A DNA stretch of 64,000 bases from Phallusia mammillata. Taxonomy: Eukaryota. The position numbers and the translations under genes were made by a program. The notes under the pieces are model-generated. The model had not been told where the DNA came from. It searched no databases and saw nothing but the letters and a program-made list of their open reading frames with translations. Below, piece after piece: positions 48,335 through 60,309 of this stretch (position 1 is its first letter; each line of letters opens with the position of its first letter). The stretch is taken from positions 13,702,001 through 13,766,000 of the forward strand of contig OZ281496.1 in assembly GCA_965637545.1 (NCBI GenBank), in the 5' to 3' direction.

Positions 48335-48570
48335 TCTGAGTTGATGGCGATCGACTTGCAGAGGTTGAGACTCTGCTTTGTACAGCTCCGCCGCTGTGGT
48401 GTGACTTTTTCCTTTTCAAAAAGCAAAATTACTACTAATTTAGTTATTGTTTGTCATTAGTTAATTATTTCTCTAAACAGTATTCCATCTGGCTTGATGG
48501 CAATCGACTTGCAGAGGTTGAAACTCTGCTTTGCACAGCTCTGCGGCTGTAGTTTGACTTTTTCCTACTT
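48335..48570 (+). repeat. ~153-bp-period local duplication containing a hAT-like right terminus
   Basis: TTGATGGC(G/A)ATCGACTTGCAGAGGTTGA(G/A)ACTCTG-CTTTG(T/C)ACAGCT occurs twice, with the TIR-like ends at 48375 and 48528. Confidence 0.7.
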
Positions 48571-48849
48571 TGGCAAATGAGAAGGACGTTTGTCCGAAGA
48601 GATAGGTTTTGACATCAAGTGATGTTCGAAACAAACAAAACTAATATTGTTAAATCCGTTAAAATTAAATTATAATGAATGCATTTGTGATTGTCTTATA
48701 ATAACACTAGTTGTCAATAATGTCTAACAGGACTTACTCCAAGCATGAATCATTTTCAGAGGAATCAAAGTTAATGCATCGTTTGCTTTGAATAAAAAAA
48801 TATAAAAAACACTAAAATTGCGCAAAGCGTAGTCGCGTAGTATGCAAGT

Positions 48850-49200
48850 ATAGCGCATCTGTCTCCATGCTTTTATTGGACCTTCATAGTTACAAGAACA
48901 CTTGCCCTTTTTTATATAGTCCTTAATCCATTCCGAACAGACTTTTTTACATATTTCACATGTCCTGCTCATTACAACAGCATCTAAAACTTCACCAGTA
49001 TCGACAGACATCACAACACCATGTGATGATTTGAAAGCTCTGTGGTGCCATGTTCCACCATATGATGTATAACATCTTCTGCAACATCCTCAAACGCATT
49101 CGATGCATTCTAACGGGCTCCTCTAAAATGCCAAAATAGTATACGACGCAGTCTACAAAATCTCTTGGACTCAAACATTTTAGTGTGACAATGCACGGTG
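48850..49200 (-). pseudogene. Kolobok-type (Mutator-like transposase domain) fragment
   Basis: SYGGTWHHRAFKSSHGVVMSVDTGEVLDAVVMSRTCEIC...CSCNYEGP matches the DGTW.KRG..S..GV...S..TG.VLD....SK.C..C...C..N..G pattern. Confidence 0.72.
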
Positions 49201-49590
49201 AATTATTAAAAGTTTACGTGCAAATTAGCTTCAAACATAATACAATGTTAGGATACAAATGACAAAAGAAAACTGCTTCTATCTGACTAAATTAAAAAAA
49301 ATGTGCTGCCTTCACATTAAAAGCTACAAGAGTTGTTGCATATGCTGATTTCATACATTTATATGCCGCAAGTTCAGCATTACATGTGGCCTTTAATTCT
49401 TTCATGCACGCACTGGGCCACTACATATAGAGTTCAACATACACCCCCAATATATGGAGTTGTTCACAAATTTGGGGAGAATTTTGGGTACAATAATGTG
49501 CACCAGGACAAGTTGTGTTAAGCAGCCATTTAAACCCAATAATTTTGTGTTCCTGAAAGAAATTTACAGTTGATAGTAAATCACAATCAG

Positions 49591-49696
49591 CTGCAGACAG
49601 TGCACACTGTTTCGGGTCTCTGCACTGATGAGACCTTATAGGTCGAAACAGTGTGCACTGTCTGCAGCTTATTATTTATTGACTCATATGCTTTTA
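49591..49696 (+). mobile_element. 106-bp hammerhead-containing insertion flanked by a 14-bp direct repeat
   Basis: TAAATCACAATCAG at 49577-49590 and 49697-49710. The insert is an inverted partial ribozyme copy, a complete hammerhead and an AT-rich tail. Confidence 0.8.
49620..49667 (+). ncRNA. Type I hammerhead ribozyme
   Basis: CUGCA-CUGAUGA-GACC(uuaua)GGUC-GAAA-CAGUG(ug)CACUG-UC-UGCAG: all core nucleotides, 5-bp stem I, 4-bp stem II, stem III containing the GUGCAC palindrome, and a GUC cleavage triplet ending at 49662. Confidence 0.88.
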
Positions 49697-50379
49697 TAAA
49701 TCACAATCAGTTATGTAAAATCAGATAAAAGTCAAAACAAAATCAGATATCAGTGAGTAAACAACAATCCGATAGCAGTGAGCAGCAATTAATCTACATA
49801 TATCAACAAACAGATAGCGTGGATGTACACTTCAATGATGCAACAACTATCTCCCAATCAAAAACCACACCAAACAAAGATTTTAGGACTGCAAAAATTA
49901 TTTTGCCGAAAACTCTCAAACCATTACCAAGGTTACTAATTAAAGAAAAAGAATTAAACTTATTCATTTTATTGAACAAACGTTTCGACAAAAAACTTTT
50001 GTCATAATCAGTGAAATATAAAGTACAAGCGAAAACAAGCGCGTTTATATACACAGAAAAAGGAAAGAGAACGGTTCAATCAACAAACGAGTGGATAAAG
50101 CAGCGATAATTAGATGATGAAAAGCCGCAAGGCCATAGAAGTTGTCCAGCCCCGGGGCGCGTTGTTGGATCTAAAGCGACTCCAAAATTATCAAAGAAAT
50201 CCGGTCAGGTGTTGCGTCCACTGTTTCAGGTTCGGCAAAGTTGACCCTGTGCATGGGGTTAGTTTGAAGATGCCTGCACACTACGTTTTAGTGAATCGTT
50301 GAATTGAAGTCAACTTTTATGATGTGCTTGATCTTTTTTCTTTGATGTCGTCTACTTGTATTACATTGGTTAAAGTTAT

Positions 50380-50453
50380 TTTATGAGGGGTTCCGAAAAG
50401 TTTGACAAAATATCTTATAGGTTCCGTGCCAGTAAAAAGGTTGAAGAGCACTG
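50380..50453. mobile_element. Orphan Charlie-like hAT terminus
   Basis: GGGTTCCG...GGTTCCGTGCCAGTAAAAAGGTTGAAGAGCACTG followed by CTCTAGGC (central TA). The partner end was not found. Confidence 0.55.
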
Positions 50454-50974
50454 CTCTAGGCCTTTCATTTTCCTTTTATGTTTTTCCTGAAAACATCCTT
50501 GAAATGTTTTATCTGAGTTTCTGTCATGCTTCACCAACATAATGACTACTTGCTTACTGTATTCTGGTCCTAAAATTGTTTTGTATAGTGCAGAAGTAAA
50601 AAAACGCCATACTAACCTGGGTGCTTATCTCTAAAGCTATTGTGAGCCAGCAGAGTTGTCTTTTATGTTGCGATTTTTGGTAATCGCTTATGCTGGAATT
50701 GAATAAAGCAAGAACATCACTTTATTAATTACATTTTCCTCCATTATTTTGCAAAACTTGAACATTAAAAATTGTTTGTCATTGTAGTGTACGAGAAATC
50801 AATAACCAAACCAGGACTAGCATCCTGTCCAAGGGTCTAAAACAAATTTTAAATGACACAAAGGCCATCAAACATATTTGCGGAAGTAATTGTGTCTTCC
50901 TTATTTCAAATAATTGCGGCGAATTAAGCAATTTATATGACAATAGTTATGCGGTTTGTGGTAAAATAAAGAAA

Positions 50975-51330
50975 TATTTTTCGCCTGGACATTCTGGTTT
51001 TGGCTCATTTTCGGTGCCACTTCCCCAGTTCGGCTACATTGCGACAAAGTCGGTTAATGGTCACAAAAGCCTTTTAAACTTCCCCCACTGTCGCTGTCTA
51101 AAAGTTAAATAAAACCAAGATGCCGATGCGCTTCTCGTTGTTTGCCTGAGTTTGTTAAATATTGCTGTAATCTCTCGCTCTTAACCTTGTACATAGTTTG
51201 ATTTTACATTACTTGTCCACGTTCCATCTCGTCCATGGAAGCTTTTTGGTGCCCTCGTAATAGTGCGTAAATGTCAGTGCGTAAAAACGCCATTGCTTAA
51301 TCCTACCTGTTTTATCTCTTGATTTGAAAA
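50975..51330 (-). pseudogene. Unclassified repeated family, copy 2 (homologous to 3350-3620)
   Basis: AMAFLRTDIYALLRGHQKASMDEMERGQVM*NQTMYKV/KREITAIFNKLR, and GCCTGGACATTCTGG is shared with 3361-3375. Confidence 0.6.
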
Positions 51331-51417
51331 AATGAAATCAGAATTGCAAATCGTAAAAGAAAACGTATGAAAAAAGAATGGAGTGAAGCATGCATTTTAC
51401 CAGGTACCGTAACAAAA

Positions 51418-52150
51418 TGTTGCAATAAACAACATTATAATGGCTGCGGTGATATGCAACGTTAGATCAAAACAGGAAAACGCGCGATCCAACTCAAAAA
51501 ATAAAACTCTGAACGACACCTGACTAATAACAACAAGAACGTTAAACAAGGTTTATTAAACAAAATATATAAAACGACAACAAACGTAAGGTATAACGTA
51601 GGCGACAACTTCATTAGTCACTTAAGACTGAGTAAGTTAGTAAATAAGTAAGTCTGATCTTTTGTTGGATTGGAAAACGTAAATATAAGTAAGTGCTAGG
51701 GCATGTGATTTTAGATAAGGAAGATGTATTGACGTGCCTGATATGCCGTTAAAATAAAAATACACTTTGCTACAGAAGCCCTCCTCGCTCAAAATGGTTT
51801 CCGGAATGTTAGTTACAAGTCTGCTTGTTCCATATCTTCTTCTTCTGCAATTCCATTAATGTTCATGATGCGCAAATTGCGATGAACCATCCATCCATCC
51901 GTGCATGTTCAAACAGAAGCGAGTGCGCCAGCATCTCTCGTCCATTTGTCAATGACGACTTTGTAGCAGGGGGGCTACTCTTCAAAAAACTTGCTTGTTG
52001 GCATGGCGACTGCTTTGGAATTTTCGGATGATCATCTAGCACAAGCTGCGCATCAATGAAGTTGGATGGGTCTTCCACTTTGTATTTCTTGCATCTTGGC
52101 AATCTATTGAAACTTAAATCAGAGTTAATACATAGTGTAATAGAAAGTTA
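51418..52150 (-). mobile_element. Gypsy 3' remnant: integrase tail, PPT and LTR (51418-51774)
   Basis: Minus strand PPCYKVV...VHRNLR (GPY/F-like), then purine tract GAGCGAGGAGGG, then TGTAGC...AATAAA...TTGCAACA. Confidence 0.5.
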
Positions 52151-52299
52151 CTTTTTACTTTGCGGCGCGAACCTTCTAATGAACCAAACTGTCATGTTAA
52201 ATATTGATAACGGGCCAAACAAGAATATACGTGCGGTGTTATATTTGAAAACAGTCTGCACAATCATCTACACCCTAAGACAAACTCAGCACGTAAACA

Positions 52300-53345
52300 T
52301 GTAGTGTAGCTGTCGTACCTTATAATTCAAGGACATATCTCGAGATTCATCGTTAAAAGTATCTGATGGTGATTTACGGCTAAGCCATCTGTAGGCAGTT
52401 TGTCTGTGGAGGACTGGCCTTGTCAACTCCAAACAGACCGTGGGGTAAAACTAGTAAATAAAGATGATGGCTGCCTTGAAGAAGCCAAACGATAACCCAC
52501 AATATCACACCTCGGCATAGGAAATGAGGATTTCTAAAGCTAATAAACGGACTGAAACGCTACACATTTCTTAAACAGCTAAAGTTAAGTGACATGACGC
52601 TCTTTTCTATTCAAAAGTAAGCAAGACCCAAAGTGACGTATATGCGAAAAAATACCACACGTATATCAAACGGGTAGACGTAACGCTAACAAATATCTAT
52701 AAAAGATAAGCGAAAAAAGTTACAGAAAGAGTTTCAAAGAGGAGGTGGATTGGGTAGTGGCTCGGTTTAAGCACTTCGAGAGATTTTAAAGACATTTCGC
52801 AAACAAGTTCCAAAGTGGCGGTGGCTTTGCTCATCAACAAACTTATTAACCTGTAGTTGAATATTATTATTGATAAGCGTCTGGGTCGCCAAATTTTCTT
52901 GTAGAGCCTTAGAAGACAGAGAAGAAACTGTTTGCGAGGCTAAACTTCCAGGGAACTGATTGACAGGATAGAATCTGCTTTTGCTGCAAGCGTTTCCATC
53001 CTCACGCCATAGTCTGAAGCCAGTATCAAACGCACATTAGATGGAAGGAGGTCAAGAAATAACTTTTTGAGAAGCGTTTCAATTGTGGGACTGAGACTGC
53101 CGTAATTGCCAAGAAGAGATAGATTTCATATCATTAAGAAGTGCGGAAGGCCGTTTATCACCCAAGATAGTATCATTTAAAAGCGTGTTGATGCTTTGAA
53201 CTTCGTTCACCTCATAGTATTTAATTAAAGCAGCTTTGAGATGACTAGTGTATGACATTGCGCAGTTACGATCCATGATTACAAGTCTGATTTGCTTAAT
53301 CTGTTCTTGCTTTAGAGGTAAGAACAATATTATAGCGCCCAACAA
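52300..53345 (-). mobile_element. Second CsRn1-like gag relic with an LTR-like end at 52300
   Basis: LKAALIKYY...ILGDKRPSALLNDM / LLKKLFLDLLPSNVRLILAS...METLAAKADSI. No pol motifs seen before ...CAGCTACACTACA (minus strand, ending at 52300). Confidence 0.62.
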
Positions 53346-54129
53346 GTAGTTTCAGTTTACACCACATTCACTTACTTTGCATTTCTTGACATTTTTTTCT
53401 AAATACAACATATATCTTGAGTAGGACATTTAGTACTAAAGCTTAACTGCCGATAGCGTATAACCTGTAGAAATGAACATTTATTTTATATTTAAACTAG
53501 TACCTCGCATCTCATTGCTTAAGTGGATGAAGACTACAATGCCTACACGCTCATTGATTCAAATATTGAATTCGTAGAATGAATAAATTTACGTTAAATC
53601 ATCTTACACACATAATTACTGTTTAATAATAAACCTTCATTGTTAAGTTTGCTTCTGTATTTTTTTATTTGCTTTTATTTTTTAAAATCACATTTTGAAA
53701 CTATTACAAGTACAATTACCTTCCTTTTTCAAGAAGAATATTAAGACACTTTATTATGGCACAGGTGATTCGCATTCAATGTTTTTGGTAAAAAAATGCC
53801 TTCTTAAAAATACGTAAGCTACGCACTGTTTCTGTGCACAAAGCAAGGAAGTTGATGGCGACGCACTCACCTGTTGGCGATCTCCTTGTGTGTAATCTAC
53901 AAAAATAGTTGTGTCATTGGCTGTTTCAAAGACACAAGCAATTGACATTTTACTAACAGCAACCACCTTACTGTACCCACTGCCAATATGTTATTACAAG
54001 TACAATAACAATGCCACATACTTACATTTTTTGTAAAATGGGGTTCTTCTTAATTTTTTGTCATGGGTTAAACCCCGTGAAAAAAACAAAAGAAACTTGA
54101 TCTCTACGAAACAAACAGCCACACAAAGA

Positions 54130-54450
54130 ACTAACAATATTTTAGGATTTGCAAATCATCTTTGTTGTTGTAATGGCTCTGGTTGAACATCTGACAAACA
54201 CAATTAAAAGGTTAATCATATTTCATTTTGTCTTTAAACATTTAACTATACAGAAGTAGTTAATGACACAAACCTTGCAACATCTTGTTGTTGTGATGAT
54301 GGCACTGATACATTTGTCAAACACAATTGAAAGGTTAATCATGTTTAATTTTATCTTTAAACATTATACAGAGGTATGTCAATAGTGCAAACCTCGTAAT
54401 CATCGTTGTGGGCTCTGGTTGAACATCTTTCAAACACAATTAAAAATTAA
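54130..54450 (-). repeat. Three ~125-bp tandem units resembling intron-microexon modules
   Basis: Each unit has TTAATTGTGTTTG..AG (AA in the middle unit), then ATGT(T/A)...CCA..., then a GT donor-like site. Confidence 0.7.
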
Positions 54451-55296
54451 ACCATACACAGTAAAACTATATTTATTGTAAGTACAAGGCACATACAACA
54501 CTTTCCAGATGTAGTAAAGTCACGAGCCTCCAACATCAGTCGAGCTTTTTCAACCCTTTGGTGTGGGTGTTGTACATTATATACTTCAGCAACAGCAAGT
54601 GTCACAGCAATTTGAACCTTTTTTTGCTCATCTGCCATTCATTGTGTATTGAGTTTTCGTACTTCAGTCGCCGTTAAGAGATGTCCTTTCAAACATAAAA
54701 GGAAGGACCTTTTTATTTTTTGAAAATTCAGCATTTGTCATTTTGAATGAACTTGCTGTTGCTAAATTTTTGCTTACGTTGTTAGAAAAACTGGTGGTCC
54801 TGTAGGTTTTGTCTTGTGATTTTTCCAAGCCAATTTACTGGTGGTTTTTGTAATTCAAAGTAATTGCCCTCATCATTTGTTTTCCAATCATTACAGACGG
54901 TCTACAGCAATGGTTTTCATCCTTTAAAATATCTTTTTGGCCTCGTGGCCCCTTCTTCTAACCCTGTAAGTCCTGTGCCCCCCGTAAAAAATTAAATGGC
55001 ACTGCATTAAATTTAGGATCTACTGGTTCCAATAATGACAAAAATGTAAGGCTTTTCTTCCACCTCGAGTCCTCTGTGAAAGAGACCTTACTTATTCGAA
55101 AAATAAATGACATATGAATTATATAGTTGCCATTTGGCATGTGTCATTTTGTATTACATGGCTTATTTTGGTATTACGTTTTGCATGTCATTTCAATTTA
55201 TTTCAGAAAATTCAGTCACTTTTGCAGGTGTACACATTTTTTGTACGGTATAAATCAGAAAAATTACAAATACATTTTATGTTAAACCATAAAATA

Positions 55297-56001
55297 CCGT
55301 AATTTTCCAAGTATAGTGCGCCCCCGTGTATAATACGCACCCTAAAAATGGCATGTCGATGCTGGAAAAAAGCCTGTACCCATGTATAATACGCACCCAA
55401 ATTTTTACTCTTAAATCCGTAAACAAAAAATTATTTCAGAAAAAAGATCATCTTTTGAAACAACCGGATGTTATTCTGCCGGTCAGTATCACTGCGCATG
55501 TGCTCGCAAACTCGACAGCGAAAAATGTTTAGGAATTGTGTAGGGTACATCGTGACAGCAAACGAGATCTTACTGGTCGCGTTCAAGCGGAACCGATCTT
55601 AATACTTGCAGAGAACATTTTTATTTTTAAAACACAAATGAAGTTTAATATGTATCAGATTAAAATACCTAAAAATCAGAATAATTAAATTCAAACTTAT
55701 ATACAAAATTTTCGTTCGATCCGTTGCATATCGGCAATGATATCACCCCATTTACGTTGTCGCTAAATGGGCAGTGTGCAGTATTTGACAATAACACACC
55801 ATCAAGGATTGCACCATCGCATCAAACGATGTGTCGTCAATTATGAATTGATTGACAACAAACAAGAAGAAAGGTGTGATTTAAAGTTTTATTTCGAGGC
55901 AGATTTTCTTCAAAATTTGTTGTACCCATGCATAATGCGCACCCTAGATTTTAGGACAATAAATTAAGTAAATTTTGCGCATTATACATGGAAAATTACG
56001 G
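55297..56001. mobile_element. Tc1/mariner-superfamily (pogo/Tc2-like) MITE
   Basis: 25-bp TIR CCGTAATTTTCCA(A/T)GTATA(G/A)TGCGC (23/25), TA at both flanks (55295-55296, 56002-56003) and subterminal (G/C)ATAAT(A/G)CGCACCC repeats. Confidence 0.9.
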
Positions 56002-57254
56002 TAAATGCACACAAAACATTTTCATACAAAAATCTCAATGTTTTGTCGATTCGTTTTATTTCTCCAATTGTAGAAGGGGAAGGAAAAGAAGATGTGTCAT
56101 CAGTAAATGGAACAGAAGTAGCAGGTCTGTCACAGACATATCCACCAAGGAACTTCTCTTCGGTGAAAATATTTTTTAATCAATCAAAGTTATAGACACA
56201 TGTGCTTCATGATTGGCAGATAAAAGCTAAGAGTCTTCACTTTGATTTGCTGTGCCAACAGATCCAGTAGGTACATTTGTTAGAAAATGATTCCTATAGT
56301 GAACCGTTAAATGAACTGCCGCGGTAACGATGGCTTTTTTACCAGCTGTAGTTGCTAAACATGGATCAATCTGGTTTTGCGATAGGAAGTGTATCCCAGC
56401 TTTAGTTTGCTGGGTGTTTTATATTATTTTCTTTTGTAACTCGCCAGGCCAACTTCCTCACTGAAGTTGGTGTGACAGACCACAAATCTTCAACATACTC
56501 CGAGAGCAATTAATGTCTGGGTGGCCCAAAAAAACTATTCCTGTCTGTCAGTATACTGTTTTTTTTTTACAAATTTGCGGTAATGTTATAAAATTTAGTA
56601 AATAAATGTACATAAATCAAATTTTTATTACGACCAGGAGTAACGGTAAATAATATTTTGAACGAAATTACCCAGGCGCCGTGCTTTTTTGATGCAAGAT
56701 TTGTTTTCCGTTCTAGCTAGGCATAATTGGAAAATTTGGTTTAAGAACTTGTTCCGCTACATTTGGCATTATTTTTACATAGTTGATGTTTTAGAGACTA
56801 CACATGCAGAACATTCTTATAAGCCTTACCAAACCACGACTTCTTTATTGACTCATCCGCTGTTCAACTGTACTTAAAAACAGTAGACGATAATTGCCTT
56901 ATTCATCGTTGATTCCAAACGATCTGCAAATAAAAAAATGTCTGATCGTGACCACATTTATTCAAACAAATTGGTTTATTGGGCAAATGTGCATGAACAA
57001 TAAGTACACACATTTTAGAAAACGATATCTGATTTGTCCATTCGCCACCCTGTGTATTTCATCCAAGCCCAAGAAATTATAGCCAAAACCGAATTATATT
57101 GTCGATGCATGTTTCCAAATCTAAATTTCTACTCTTCCTAGCTTTCATTCAAATCCTCACTTTCGTTACATGTTCGTCGTAAGTTGTAAAAAATGACAGG
57201 ATAGGGTGAAAAAACATGTTACTAAATAAACAAAATCAAAAACCTTTTTACGTT

Positions 57255-59620
57255 TGTGGTGTTTCACCAAGTTAGATTAACGTAATCCTAGATTAAGTAA
57301 CCTGGTAGTCGTATTTACCAACCTAGATTAAATCTTAATCTCGGATTAAATGGGCAAAATTTTAATGCATTTTGATCGGGATAAAAAGTAGGTTTTGTGT
57401 TTAATTAAGCTTTATTTGTGTGTATTAACCAAAAAATGAAAAAATAATACTTAACACGGATTAAAAAAAAAATTTCGAAGCAGTAATGGATGTAATACAG
57501 GCGATAGAAAGTGTAGATAACGCACCAAAACCACAAGACTGTTGAAAAGAAACATAAGAGACAGAATCAACCCAATTGAAAAGTTGGAATTGCAGACGTA
57601 AATTTGGAATTTCATGCAGTAGCAGATTTTCCCAATGTTATTGGAGCAATTGATTGTCTTCATATTCCGATTGCCTCACCTGGGGGAGAAAATGCAGAAA
57701 TATATCGAAATAGAAAAGGCTTCTTTTCCATTAATGTACAGCAGGGGTGTCCAACACGTGGCACGCGTGCCAAAAGTGGCACGCAGAGCATTTAAAAATG
57801 GCACGCGTGCTTTTGCACATTCAGATAGTAAACATTTGTCACGCAATTAAATTTGTTTCTTATGATTCTTCTTGGCCTTTATTCTAACCTCTGTAAAGAT
57901 TACTAGTGGTAAAGTTACACAATCCACTAATTAAATTGTTTGTTTTTGACAAAATTTAAAGCCTCCTTGATGCCATAGTCGTAGAGCTTCAAAAAATGCT
58001 AGGGGATACCTTCTGTGTTTTAGCCTGCCTGTAGTTTCTGTCACATTCACTAACGTATGCACATACCAAAGGGACGATTTACCGAATCAGTCATTTTAAC
58101 AACGATTTAGTTTTTAAAGAACTTGTCACGCAGGAAATAAAAGTAAAACCAATTCACGTTTCAAATATAGCTGACCGAAACTTAGGTCATCTTGAATCAA
58201 GTTTGGGCCGTTGCAGTGCTTTGCAAACGGACATTGAACACGGCTTAGGAATCGGTAATGCAAACGTACATAACAACATCTAAAAGCGGCTATAAACCTT
58301 GCATTGTTTAATGTTGGCCCATGGAACTTATTAACAAAATAATTATAATTATGTTATTGCGCCACATAATACTAAAACGTTAGTGAACGTGCCATGTTTA
58401 TGTCGCAATAAAATGCACGTTTATTTCGAAACAATTGTAATTGTTGCGTTTCAACCGATGTCTGTTCAATTAATTACGTGACTACAAACGCATTTGTGTT
58501 TAGTTGGAAAAGCATTTTAAACCGACGTAACTTGAACAACGATAAGTTTTTGACGCACACAAAGTACTCCAGTGCCCCATTTTTTCATCCTTTAGTAGGG
58601 TTCTACATACTGGCCAAATATTCGGATTGAGCCCGTGCGGTTTAGACGTTTAAGACATGGTTTGTCAAAAAGTACCAAAGGGTTGCACGCGAGTATATTT
58701 TGAAACCAAAATTGGCACGGCGGTGTGTTCGAGTTGGACACCCCTGATGTACAGGCTGTGTGTGACCCAGATATGCTGTTTACCAATTTTGTTTGCCGTT
58801 GGCCTTGGTTCTACTCATGATAGCAAGATTTTTGACAACAGCCATTTGTGTTACCAGCTTGAACATTGTATTATTGACGTTTTAATGCTTGGAGATGGTG
58901 GATATGCTTGCACAAAATACATGACGACACCATTAATAAACCCCAGTGACCAGAAGGAGAGAAATTATAATCGCTCACATATGAACAAAAATTGAGCGTA
59001 CATTTGGAAATTTTTGATATGAATGGAAAACAACAGTGTGTTATGTTAGTATATAAAAACAGTGCATTAAAAGAACTAAACAAAAGTGTGAAAAAAGTGA
59101 CATAAAGTTGTTCGGCCATTGACTGCTTTGTTCCTAATATAGCGCTACTTTTGATTTTGACTCACCAGATGTAAGATAGGAAAAAAAACAGTTAAGTAAT
59201 ACAATGTGAAAAAGGTGCATTTTAAACATGGTAAGTGCACAGCACAAATAAAACAAAATGCCAAAAAGTTAAGATTTGAATTTCTTCTGCATTTTCTTGC
59301 TTGTTGCCTTTTAAGTTTTTCCACAGCAATTTTAACTGATCTATTGACCTTGTTTGACTGAAGGAATTGTTGTTGAAATCTTGAGTTATATCTTTCCAAA
59401 CATTGTCTTTTTTCCCTTTGGTGACATGGTCTGACTTTTTGCTTACTATAACATCTTTATATGTTTCAATGAGGAAAAGCAAAAGATCCTTTTGTAATAA
59501 ACTGAAATTAGTTGTTCTAGGCATATTTTGTTGTTGTGGCTTGCTAACAAAACAGTATTTAAAAACTATGTGCCACACATACAATATTATTAAGCACACA
59601 ATTCACATTAAATAGCTGGC
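57255..59620. mobile_element. PIF/Harbinger transposon 3 (HARBI1-like transposase plus Myb/SANT partner), degenerate
   Basis: Plus strand FPNVIGAIDCLHI...RNRKGFFSINVQ|AVCD...STHDSKIF...LGDGGY...YNRSH; minus strand 59222-59599 RTTNFS...VWKDITQDFN...RSIDQLKLLWKNLK. Ends only approximate. Confidence 0.85.
57742..58746. mobile_element. Non-autonomous hAT inserted in the Harbinger 3 transposase
   Basis: 14-bp TIR CAGGGGTGTCCAAC, perfect TSD ATGTACAG (57734-57741 / 58747-58754) and TGGCACG subterminal repeats. Confidence 0.95.
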
Positions 59621-60137
59621 AAGTATATATATACCAAAGCGCCTAGAAGTGTTTAAAATCCTAAAACACGCAGTTTTGCACCTTCATACAAGTGAAAACA
59701 TTGTTTAAGCAAGCCCAAAACCCACGCAGCCAAGACCATGACTCAGCATAATCAGGGTCTATGACTTTATTAAAGTACAGATTAACTAGTCTCTTTTCAG
59801 TGCCACTGGCCCGGGATTGCATGTGATGTAGGGTGGTAGTTCGACAGCTTGTCCAATTTAAGCCCCCATTGAAAAAAAAACACGTTAAATTAATCATCCA
59901 GGAGCTGTTTTCACGCAGAGCATGTGTCCATGCGAGAGCGTTGCTTTCTAATGTATCAGATAGGAACGCAAGGCAACAAGTGTTTCACGGCTCCACATAA
60001 GCACCGGAAAATCGAAACCATTAAAATTGTAAGATAAAACCAAAACTTGCGTTGATTCTAACTGCTCCTGGCCACAGACGCAAAGTGTGGTCTACTTACA
60101 TGTTGTTGATTGGCAGTCTGCAATTGAACGTATATGC

Positions 60138-60200
60138 CAGGGGTGGCCAAACTGCGGCTCCCGAGCCGCATGCGTCTCCTTCAGCCTTTGACTGCGGCTC
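60138..60200 (+). mobile_element. Orphan hAT left end similar to the 5353 element
   Basis: CAGGGGTGGCCAAACTGCGGCTCCCGAGCCGCATGCG versus CAGGGGTGGCCAACCCGCGGCTCGCGAGCCGCATGCG. No right end found. Confidence 0.7.
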
Positions 60201-60309
60201 TGTACATTCTGAAAACGTAGTACAGAATCGTACTACACTCTATGACGTACTCCTGAAAAGAAAAAAAGAAAAATCTCACTGTTGCAGTAAGTCTTTCTTC
60301 TGTACTGTT

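Larger units (their letters stand above)
53750..56540 (-). pseudogene. pogo/Tigger (DDE_1) transposase relic, interrupted by a MITE
   Basis: VRKLAWRVTKENNIKHP (CENP-B-like HTH), NVPTGSVGTANQS, ANHEAHVSITLID (DNHxSH), IFTEEKFLGGYVCDRP and GHLLTATEV. Assignment of the portion below 55290 is tentative. Confidence 0.6.
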
